Of a stretch of 64,000 nucleotides of DNA, positions 1-10,988 are shown piece after piece. How positions within the stretch are numbered: position 1 is the first letter of the stretch; every line of letters starts with the position of its first letter. Source of the stretch: Hormiphora californensis (lineage: Eukaryota > Animalia > Ctenophora); the NCBI GenBank assembly GCA_020137815.1, contig CM035350.1, positions 62,001 to 126,000 of the forward strand, in the 5' to 3' direction. Both the position numbers and the translations under genes were made by a program. The notes below the pieces were generated by a model. That model had not been told where the DNA came from. It searched no databases and saw only the letters and a list, made by a program, of their open reading frames with translations.

Positions 1-3000
1 TCTCATGAGACACCCCTGTGACAAATTTGTCTGTGTTGTCTGCCTGATCAGTAGCTGCAATCCTGATAAGCTCCTCTATAATTGTGTCTGCATTGAACGT
101 CTCCTCCTCGTCCTCTCTGCGGGTTGGGGTGGACACAATGGTTTGTTGTCCCTCCATCACCTCCACCTCATCGGCTTCTTTGATTTTCCCTGGAGTTCTT
201 CCCGGCGTTATTAGACCTCTTATAACCTGTGTTAGGAGGTCAGGGGGAGGAGTATCGACAGTTGTTGGGTAATCTGGTTCTACTGCTGGTGTAATGCTTG
301 CCATGTTTCCATTCACTAGACGCATGAACATATCTGTAGGTATAATCACGTTATCTCCCTGAACCTCTATTAACTGTTGTCGGGGCTCAAAAACACACAC
401 TTCTTCTTGTTGAATACCAGTGCTATCAGACAATGTCCTAGCAACTTCTTCCGCTCTAAGTCTGTCCTGTTGATATTATCTTGGAAAGGGCATCAATGAT
501 ATCCGTGGATGCCTCAACTGGCATTTGGGTAGGGAGTGTATCATTGGTCACCTCAACTGGCATTTGGGTAGGGAGTGTATCATTGGTCACCTCAACTGGC
601 ATTTGGGTAGGGAGGTATATCGAATTCACGCTCCTCAATGTGTTCTTTTGATAGAGACATTATCTTAGAAAGTGCATCAATGATATCCCTAGATGCCTCA
701 ACTGGTGTTTGAGATAGAGGTACAGTATTGGGTTCCTCAACTGGTGTTTGAGATAGAGGTACAGTATTGGGTACCTCAACTGGTGTTTGAGATAGAGGTA
801 CAGTATTGGGTACCTCAACTGGTGTTTGAGATAGAGGTACAGTATTGGGTACCTCAACTGGTGTTTGAGATAGAGGTACAGTATTGGGTACCTCAACTGG
901 TGTTTGAGATAGAGGTACAGTATTGGGTACCTCAACTGGCTGCTCATCCAGTGAGCCTCCTTCCTCTATTTCCACATCAGACACGTTTGTGGTATTGACG
1001 TTACTATACTCCGTGTTATAACCAAGACCCGAATCAATTATTATGGAAGTTGTTACCATGGTAACATCAGGTTCCTCACAGCTATTCCTGTCGCTTGCTT
1101 GCTCAGTTCCTTTGATAGTTCCCACCTCTTTACACTCAGTGCTTAACTCCAAAGTTTCTTTCCCATAGCCAATGTCTTCCTGAGTTGTTGACGGATTTTC
1201 TAAACTCCCATACAATTCTAGGTCAGTCTCGTCCATGTTTTCCAAGACGAGTGGTTTCAGTGTTGCATTATTAGTGGTTTGTTTAGTTATCTCCTTTCCA
1301 GGTTTTTCAGGATGTTCAGAATCTAAACCTGTTGGAATGGAGGTGGGTTAGTTGGATGGAGGTGGGTTAGTTGGGATGGAGGTGGGTTAGTTGGGATGGA
1401 GGTGGGTTAGTTGGGATGGAGGTGGGTTAGTTGGGATGGAGGTGGGTTAGTTGGAATGGAGGTGGGTTAGTTGGGATGAGGTGGGTTAGTTGGGATGGAG
1501 GTGGGTTAGTTGGGATGGAGGTGCGTTAGTTGGATTCATGATTACACTGATATATGATATGTATAAGAAATACCTGGCGTTTTCTTTCTCTTAGATCCCA
1601 TCTTAACTCCAGGCTTAGATCGTTTTCTTACAACCACTGCAAAAAACTTCGGTTATCACAAACACTAATTTAGTGACTAAACATGTTCAGTCAAGCCACT
1701 TCCACAACCGTCAGCCAGAGGATATATTAAAAATATTGTTCCGACCCTGTAAATACTATATCCTATATTTTAACCTGAGTTATTTGCACCGTTGAGAGTC
1801 TCCAGACCATTCAGAATATTAGCTTCGCCAGCCACAGCCTGTCGACATGCTTCTTTACGTTTTATATGGGTTTTGAAGTTGTCTCTTCTTGTGAACGTCT
1901 GCTTACAGTTTTTACACCTAAATCTGAAAAACAGTATTTCATGCGGCCCTGATTTACCGGGCTTCTCGGTAGACGGGTTTCGGGGTGCACAATATGACAG
2001 GGCAATGCAAGCCAGCATATTAAAAATTTAAAGAATGTGTTAGTAAAATACAAGGATTGTTTCTATCCTGTGTGATAAATACTGATCCAGCAGGAATTCT
2101 CCCAACATAACAAAAATATCTCAGTGATGGGTGGGTCGATTTTGAGCGGCAAAAAGGCAAAATACTCAGAGAGCTATTCTCTACTACCTACAACAAACTT
2201 TTCCAATTCTGATCCGGTCCACTCTCACTTTAAGCTCTTTCAAATCAGCTATTATCCCCCAAATTTATAAAACCTTTACACACGCACGTGCACTCCCCAA
2301 CCCCCACCAACCATCCCTAACAACACGTCAATTTCCACGTGCAAACCCTAAAAACCCCCAAAAAACCAATTGTCTTGCAAGCATCTCTGCTTTATAATAT
2401 AGACTAGAGAGCCCAGGCAAAAGACCCAAAACTCCTCTCGCCCCCCTACTGGACTCCTTTACCCTATCGAATCCTCTCAATATCTATTGACTGCTCTCGT
2501 CCCACATTCTTCGCACCCTCCCTCCCCCGCCCCGGGCTATGTTGACCAACTCACACCATAACCCCCTTACAGCCAGTTGGAGTCCTACAAACAACCCCCC
2601 CCCCCCCCCCCCCCCCCCGGTATGTTCTCTCTCCCCCTCTCGTCTCTTTCCCTGTCCCCTCTCAATGGATAGTCTCCACTATCCCCTTCCTCTTATACCC
2701 TCTCACCCCATCATTCCACTCCCCCTTCTCTCTCTCTCTCTCTCTCTCTTCTCCTCTCTCTCCTCTCTTCCCCCTCTTTCTCTCTATCGTCGTCTCTTCA
2801 TATCGGGCTGGTGAATAAATGGAAGCTGGAATCAGGTGAATAAAGATCCGTTAGAACTGGAGCGTGATGTAGAGTATTAAAGCTGGGATACGAATTGGTA
2901 GAAAAGCTGTTGCATTCATCGGGGCCGCAGCAGTAGATGGCCAAACACACAAAAACGCCACCGGAACACGCAATACAACACCCAACAACATGCACGTGCA

Positions 3001-5845
3001 GGTTAACACTCTTGCCCACCATAATGGCAACTCCCCAAGCCCCACCAACCATCCCTAACAACACGTCAATTTTTTCCCTGCCCGGGTGAATGCCGAAGGC
3101 ATTCACCTGGATGCCTTTTTACTTTGTAAAAAGGCATAGCAGGGTTAGAATTCGAAAACGACATTTTGGTATACTAACTAATCGGTTAGAGGGACCATTT
3201 TGGTCACACTTTGTTGCGAGGGGCAACGGCGTGTTTGTAGCAACAAGAGCCGCGCACACAGTACGAGCTGCTCCTTCATAAACCCTTCATTGGCACGTTT
3301 TCAGGAAATGGGTGGTGCGCAATGTGGCGGCGTGGCGCGCAATTTAGTGCTATAAAACACAAGGATTTGCTCTATACTGTTTTGGTGATATATAAATGAT
3401 CGGGATTTGTGTTCCCGCAATTGCTGCTACAGCGGATCTGGTGATTTCCTTTCTTCATAGATTCACATGGCAGGGAAATTCAGCATTATGTTAGAACATA
3501 ATGCAATTAATCTTGTTCACATTCAAACCCCCTCTCCCCTCCTCCCCCAAGTTTTGTCTTGCAAGGTTCTCTGCTTTATAATATAGATTTCTGGTAAAAT
3601 GGAGACTCTAATAATTGCAGGGGGTGTTGGTAATAGCGAATTATGTACCTCTGTTTGTTGTGGGTGGTGTCGTGTGTGTAAAGATGGCGAATAAGAAGGT
3701 CACGTCTCGTAAACCTCGTATTACAAACTTCACAGGCGTGCTCTCGTTCAGTTCTATGAGTCGCTAAGTGTGCCCGGAGGTGAGAGGTCTTGTAAAAAGA
3801 TTTGTCACATGATGGACATACATGCGATACAGAGAGTCCTGAAGAAAAGTGAGATATTATAAAAAGAATATAGCTGTTGTGTTTACTCCGTTGGCGTTGT
3901 TTGTTGAATTCCTGCACACATCAAATATCCGTTACAAACCTGGTATATCATGTTGTCTCCCAATGCAGCTTATGCAGGGACATGGCCCAGGATCACTAGA
4001 TAATGGTGCTATTATCACTTTAGGAGGGTCTTTCTTTGGGGGTGATACCTCCTCCCCTTGGGTGACCTGCGTTTTAGCCATTTTCTGCTCCTTTATATAC
4101 TTTGATGCGGCACGCTTACAGGTGCGTAATGCATATGTATGCTGTGTACCCTCTTCTTTCATTGCTAGGACAGTCTCTGCAAGGATAACCCGGGCCTCTG
4201 TTAAACTGAGGGGAGGATCCGCTGCCTTGATCGACCTTAACTTCATCTTTATCTGCTGCGATATATCATAAGTTTAAACTATTGTGACATTATTGAGAAA
4301 ACTAGCAAACAAACAAATTAGTAACATCAATTTCTATTAGCAACGTAACCAAACAAGAAGTGCAGTTGTAGAAGAAGCATTGAATCAGAGTACATCTGTT
4401 AGAACCCCCAGGGCTCTACAATTAGTCTGTAAAGAGAGAGGGAAGGAGAGAGAGAGAGAGTCAAGTGTAGAGTGTGCCTCCACTACAGTGCCCATGATAC
4501 TTCTTGTGCCGCAATAAATGGGTATAAAACAATATGGTGTAGTACTATGTCAGAGAAAGATGCTCCATATTATTGACCATTTCATCACAAATCACCTCTC
4601 TATCTCTCCTACTCTATCCTCTTCTCTCTCGCCGTATCTCTATCTATATAGCTCTTATCGTCTCTCTCTCTATCTCTCTGTTCTTTATATGCGGTTGTGT
4701 TAGTGTGTGCAATGGTTGAATGAGATTCAATTGTGGGAACAATTAGTCGTATAATACAAATAGAATTGACGAGAAACTGATTGTAAATTGAACGGTATAA
4801 AATATATTACACTATCATAATACTCGCACTAAGTTTGTAGGTCCCAACAATTAATTTTATTGTTTTGATTTATGGTAGATACCTATAGTCGACATTTCAC
4901 CATTCACCAATCGTATTCTAACTGTTAATTTACCAGCCGCTCAAAAACACCCATGTTTCCTCTCGCCATTTCTTCCTGCTGTTTTTCTGATTCCTCTATT
5001 ATGTCTGACAGGTCGAGTATGTAGGTCTTGACCTTCTTCAGCTGGTCATCAATTCCAAGAACTTCCTAGTTATAGTGAATTAATTAGGGCTCAATACAAT
5101 AATTAGGGGAAGTTAGCTAAATAGGGCCGAGACTAGGGAAATCAAGCTAATTTTTCACTAATTGGTCCATATGAGTCCCTAGAATCACCAAAAACAAGGT
5201 AAAATACTATTTGTGTTCTTGCTGTTTGTGTCCTTGTTGGTAACTTGACGCAATCTTTGACTTGTTAGAAGACAGGGCTGGCTCCAGGGGGGTGATGCAC
5301 CCCCCCCCCCCCAAAGACTGCCTGAGACCGTTTGGATTGGGAAACCACCCCAAAAATACAAAATTTTCAGTAAAATTTTTGATCGATCACGACCGAATTT
5401 AAATCACCTAGTGAATATATGTGAGAGAGAATATGAGTGAGAAGTATGATGTGACGAGGAGAGAGAGAGATTGTAGCATTATAAATCTGAAAAGTAGGAC
5501 GTCACAAATGATTAAAAACCTACCATTTGCTTGATTTAGTTTAAAAAAATTTTGGGCCCCCCCACAAAACCCCCCCCCCTGGGCGGAGCTACCTACGCGC
5601 CCTTCGGGCGTGAATGCTACTATTAGGGAACAGTGGCCTTCGGCCACTGCACCCCGCCAGAAATATCGGGCTGGAACCAGCCCTGTTAGAAGATTACTCA
5701 CCAATGTAATTACGCATGGGGTGCATTTCTAATTAAAGTTTTACCCCAAAAGTTTTTAGTTATACTCTAAAATTGACAAATGGCTTACTTTAGGCTGGAT
5801 ACCACGCTGCCTGTAAATCTGAATGTACACGTTTTCTGTGGCCAT
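1..5845 (-). CDS. Multi-exon C2H2 zinc-finger protein with long acidic/repetitive C-terminal exon
   Basis: Manually spliced GT-AG exons in consistent phase: 5845-5789 (MATENVYIQ), ~5066-4935, ~4253-3940, ~3837-3648 (two C2H2 fingers CPSCDKSF..HLATH, CEVCNTRF..HLYTH), ~1923-1775 (CKNCKQTFTRRDNFKTH), ~1636-1574, then ~1329 downward into ORF 592-1245. Two apparent frameshifts near 620 and 460. Confidence 0.8.
697..940. repeat. Coding 42-bp tandem repeat (PVEVPNTVPLSQT-type unit); related 39-bp repeat at ~512-612
   Basis: About 6 near-identical copies of cctcaactggtgtttgagatagaggtacagtattgggta, read directly. Confidence 0.95.
1335..1535. repeat. Intronic 20-bp minisatellite (ggaggtgggttagttgggat)n
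   Basis: About 10 tandem copies next to the acceptor at ~1330. Confidence 0.95.
5273..5685. mobile_element. Non-autonomous hAT-type MITE in intron 1 of the zinc-finger gene
   Basis: TIRs cagggctggctccag / ctggaaccagccctg; perfect 8-bp TSD ttagaaga at 5265-5272 and 5686-5693. Confidence 0.9.
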
Positions 5846-7052
5846 CTTTATCCGTCCCAACAGCAAAACATTTCTAGCAGCTGTGTTCTGAATGTGGGTC
5901 CACAAGCTCTCCCATTTTTGAGCTGTAGATGACGTAGTTTCTTTTTTCCACTGAAAAGGGTTTTTCGTTAACGTAAAGTCGGATTTTTTGAAGTTGTCAC
6001 CCCAAAATGACCGTGCATGTGAAATTTTTCAATTTTGGCGCACACACCACACGTTAACAAGTGATGTGACACGCAAAAAAAACATCCGCGCAACGAGAAA
6101 GGCAGGGGGAACCAGAATGCCCGACGAGGATTACTTCCAGAATAACAGATCCGAGGAGAATTTAGACCAGGTCGGACCGTGATTTACCGCAACCCAGATT
6201 TACCGGAAAGGATTGTGTAGCCAGAGTCGCCATGTATTCCAGAACGAAAGGCCGGGCGAAATCCCGGCCACCAAAGGGGAGTGGGAGGGGTTTATATTTA
6301 TATAAGCAAAGGGATTTGATGTTGGATTATAGAAAACTTTGGCGCGGAAGGAAAAATCTGTTGGTTTGTTATAGGTAGTGGGGGCGAATCTCTGGGGGGG
6401 TATATATGTTAGTAAGACAAAATTTTCAGCCGCTGTATATTGCACTTTCAAAAAAATCCAGGACGCACGGAATAAGAATAGCGATAGCAACCGGCACCCA
6501 TTCTTGTATACTCCCAGTCCACGTATTGCCTATGCATTTTTGAGAAGGAGAAAGAAAGAGAGGGAGACTGCAAAAAAATAGGAAAATGCTTAGACATTAA
6601 GACACGACTAATGTGTCGCCATTGAGTACGGGGTACCCTTCGTTGTGGGGGGAAGGGAAGTAGATCCCGCAAGAATCCACCGACAACAATTGGCCTCATA
6701 GAACACAACTGGTTGTTGGTTGTTTCAAATCCAGCATAAGGTGCAACATGTTCAATTCCGGGTTTACTTTTTACCTGTGTTTGGCCGGTCCACGGGTGCG
6801 AGAAGACCAAAAAGAATACAAGACTCTTGTGCAGTATAGATATCATAAGCGGTGCCCCAAAAGGGAAGTTTTGTTAAAATTGATAAAGAAGTATAGCGAA
6901 ACAACAATTCTATAATAAACATTGGCAGTTTTGTGATCAAACTCGAGTTTATTTATTGAGTGATATTAGGATTACAACGGTATTCTAGGGATATGTTCTT
7001 AGAGTTGATAACGATAACCAAAGCAGTTGCTTATGGTAACCAAGACAGGTTG

Positions 7053-8505
7053 TCATGAGGATACCCTAGTTGGTTCCAAAGCCGCCTCTTTTTGGCCTTG
7101 GTCGTATTTATACTGCACTCTATCCAAATCTTCCTTGATCTCTAGGCTTTTTTTCTTGTTGTTTTCGAAAAAGACTAGCTGGCCTTTATCTACGTCATTC
7201 TGGTGTTTTAGATCTTTAAACCTCTTCAACAACTCGTCAATTGCTTTAATTTGCCTGAAAAAAAGATTTTTTTAAAGCTGAGCTTTTGAACTTATGGATT
7301 TTTTGAAAAGTTTGTAAAAAGGTAAAACAATTATGAATATAAAATCGATTAGAAAGAGGCAAACCGTTTTTGACCAAAAATCTCATCGAATTTCTGTTTA
7401 ACTTTGGTCCCTTCAGCTAAAGGCCACAAACTCTCTTCTTGATGACAGAAAATGACATTATTAAGAACGCTCTTGCTAACGCCCATCATCCGAACCATTT
7501 CCTTGTCGAGATCTGCACACCTCATACTGATGCTCTGAACCTGCAATAATTCCACAATTAAGGCACTTATACAGAGTCTTTGGAGGAAAGAAGGTACAAC
7601 ATCTCAAATATTATGCCCATCACCAATTGGTGCTATCTAGTTTGCTATGTGCCTATTTTTACCAGAAATGGTCGCATGACCTTTACTAGGTTGTCGGCTC
7701 AGCCCCGTAGTTTATAGGGGGATGGGTTGAGCTGAGTTTAGTTTATTTCCGGGTTGGGAGCCTTGCCAGGCCCCGAATCTATACCTTGCCAGGCCCCGAA
7801 TCTATACCTGCCCATTTTCCTTTCTCTTGATGGCCCCATCCAGTGTTTTGGTAGTAGTTTGGACTTGTTTTTGAGTAGTTAGTAATGTTCTCGAGACAAG
7901 CGCATCTTGGTTCATTGTGTCAACCACTTCCAACTTTACTACACCTCGAACCTGGTCAAGATAAGGTTAATGTCTTTGATATCACTGCGCTGACAAGCAC
8001 AAAGGTGACTAACCCCCTCCCCCCCCCCCCCCAGCTGTGCATGTCAGACAGTAGTTTAGTTTTTAGCCAAAAATGGCAGTTATAATCTCACCTCATGCTC
8101 ATCTGCAATTTTCGGACTGTGCACGAAGAATCCCTTGTTTCCAGTTGGGGTGTCTCCAGTACAGGCAAACTTCAAACATTCAATAATCGTTGTCTTTCCA
8201 CTCCCGTTGTCTCCTGAAAAATTAGTTGGCATTATGTACTGTATAAACCAAAGAAGGTTAATAAACACCCGCCCGCTAAAAAAAGCAAGTTGTATAATGT
8301 ATACTACCCGCCCTGCTTCGAAGATCGGGCAGCATATTAAATCTGGTTCCGTTTGTACGGGATACTAACCAACAATTATCGTCACAGGTACAGCAAAGGT
8401 CATGTTGACAGGTCTAGTGGGACCGTAACTCCTTATTCCTCGTATTTCCAGCCTTTTAACACGTGACATAGTCCGTTTGAGCTCCATGTTAGGTGTTTTA
8501 GACAT
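7053..8505 (-). CDS. RAD50: RAD50 N-terminal ATPase half only (~259 aa, 5 exons)
   Basis: Exons 8505-8370, 8213-8092, 7951-7808, 7540-7365 and 7254-7053 splice in frame: [10 protein letters not shown], Walker [47 protein letters not shown]. Stop TGA at 7055-7053. Confidence 0.88.
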
Positions 8506-8567
8506 TGCTTAAATTGAGATGTCCAACATAACAAGAATTATTGCATTATGCCAAGAACTAACATAAA

Positions 8568-8908
8568 TTAGTTGGCTGGAAAGGTGACCACTTTTGTTGT
8601 CAAACTGACACCTTTGCCCTCTTCGGGTTTTTTCATCATTATCTTTCCCTCTCTGATCACTATGATTTCTCTCTCTATATATCTCTCTATATCTCTCTAT
8701 ATCTCTCTATATCTGTTATCTGAGGAAATTGCTATATTGGAACTCTTGAAGTCGGTGCAGGATGTGAGAATTTCAGGTTTGATGTTGCTTTCCACCTCAA
8801 TTTGTTCTGTCTTCAGCAGGGCAGGGATATCAAACTTTTCATCTGATTTCGTGACATTTTCAGTTACACTTCCTGATGAACGATTCCCACGTTTTCTTTT
8901 AGCCATAC
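8568..8908 (-). other. Possible short exon/ORF of unknown function (MAKRKRGNRSS...), broken by an AG/AT microsatellite
   Basis: ORF 8697-8906 with NLS-like start after an AG; no recognisable domain. Confidence 0.3.
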
Positions 8909-9088
8909 CTTGATGGGAGAAAGAGAGGTTTTAAGATGTTATCAATCAGTAAAGAAAGTGTTCACCAAAGCAACGACCATCACAAGGGGTTTGAAGGATA
9001 AAAATATTTTAATCAAATAGCAGTGGACCCCAAATAAGGTGGGTTGCAGCTGATAGCTGCTGTGTTCCTCACGTTTTCCGGAGTTGTA

Positions 9089-9715
9089 CAGGGTGTTCAT
9101 TTTGGATCTTTACAAGCGTTGGGCTTCACCCAGAAAAAAGTTGACAAGATTAGGTCATGAAACTTCATACTTGGACTATTCTATACCCTCATTCAAGGTT
9201 CCTGGGGGTTTTGGAGCTTTAGGACCCTGGGAAGTGTGTTTTTGGCATCAAAACTACCAGAATGAATTTTTTGCTGGTGCTGAGACTTTGCTAAAATGTT
9301 TTTTGGGTATTTTCTATGTCAATCCTAAAGTTTCATACAGATTGGATGTGTTTTTCAGACTCAAAATTTCGTAAAAAGTGGCTGGAAAGACTCAATTTTA
9401 GCCGTTTTTGAGCTGTTTTCGAGCCTTTCCAGCCACTTTTATCGACATTTTGAGTCCGAAAAACACATCCAATCTCTATGAAACTGTAGGATTGACATAA
9501 AAAATACCCAAAAAACATTTTAGCAAAGTCTCAGCACCAGCAAAAAATTCCTTCTGGTAGTTTTGATGCCAAAAGCACACTTCCCGGGGTGCTAGAGCTC
9601 CAAAACCTTGAATGAGGGTATAGAATGGTCCAAGTATGAAGTCTCATGACCTGATCTTGTCAACTTTTTTCTGGGTGAAGGCCAACGCTTGTAAAGATCC
9701 AAAATGAACACCCAG
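9089..9715. mobile_element. Foldback MITE, Tc1/mariner-like termini
   Basis: Near-complete palindrome: ta|cagggtgttcatttggatctttacaagcgtt ... aacgcttgtaaagatccaaaatgaacaccc-agta. Confidence 0.85.
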
Positions 9716-10302
9716 TATCAGACATTCAGAACGAGTAATTTTCAAAACAAAAATTAAACGTTTCGGCAGAATGCCCTCTCAGTCTTCAGTACAATACTGG
9801 TGAAAATGTGTTTGACATATTTATAGCTCACGATCCTCCTACTATGAAACTATCAATTAGCGGTTGCAGTCTCGCCCGAAATGTGAGAACAGGTGGGATC
9901 ATATTCTGATTACTTGCAGTATGGTAGCTGCGGTCTAGTTGGTAATCAGAATATGAACCCGTTTGTTTGGCACTCATTCAGACGTGGCCGTTCCCGCTGA
10001 ATTGCTATATTCTCTCTCAAAAACGTGTCCAGACAATCTCTCCCTCGGTCTAAAATTCTAAAGTCATAATTCCCCAAATAATTTAAACAATGTATCTCAG
10101 AAACAGAGTATGAATACCAGCTGCTATACAACATGCACGGGACACTAATTTCAAAATTGTCAAGAGTTAATTTTGGATCGCAGAACAAGAAACCTCATGA
10201 AAATTTCTATTTGAAGCATGTGTAAAAGTTTTCCCACAGTGAGAACATGCAAATGGTTTCTCGCCAGTGTGTGTCTTCATATGTGCCTTCAATCACAGAC
10301 AA

Positions 10303-10855
10303 TCACAGACTCCTTCTTTGCTTCTTGCACCGATCTGGAGTCTTTTTATGTTTGTTGAGGTCAGAAGATGTTGTGAATGCATTCCCACATTTATCACATA
10401 TGAAAGATTTAATTCGACGATGTTTGTAATTTTCATGGTTGGTCAAATCACATTTTATTAAATGACATCGAACAATCACCACACTGGAACTCTTTTGCTG
10501 GGTGTGCAGTTTTAATGTGCTCGTCCAACTCTGCTTTAGGTAATCTGAGTCCACAATGTTTAACATGGCACCGAGATACATTAGTGTGACACACCATTTT
10601 GTGTGTTTGCAAGTTATCCTTGAGGCCAAAGCTTTTTTCACACTCCTCACACAAGTGTGTGCTTTGATACCACTGTGGACCAGATCGTGGCGAGTAAGAT
10701 GTGAAGCTTTCTCAAAAGCCATGTGACAGACATCACAGAAGTGTTTTCTATCAGGATGGTCGTCTTGAATGTGCTGATACAAGTCCTTCTCAGATGACTT
10801 CCAAACTGCACACCGCCTGATTTTACACTGGAATTGCCCTGGAAGTGCAGTATCC
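10303..10855 (-). pseudogene. C2H2 zinc-finger array exon with two compensating frameshifts
   Basis: Fingers CDVCHMAF..HDLVH and CDKCGNAF..HKK are in ORF 10303-10782. Fingers CEECEKSF, CHVKHC..HIKTAH and CGDCSMSF are in the other frame (ORF 10448-10654). Acceptor at ~10855. Confidence 0.75.
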
Positions 10856-10988
10856 TGAAATTAGAAAGTTGATTAGATACACGTTTCATACCCACCAAAA
10901 AACAACATGACTTTTAACTAGACCAAAAAACAAAAGAAATGTGTTTGGAACACCAGTGGCCTTTTGTCGATACTTGACGCTGCGGGAA

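Noticed and set aside
697-940. CRISPR-like array
   Set aside because: Contiguous repeats with no unique spacers, inside a eukaryotic exon.
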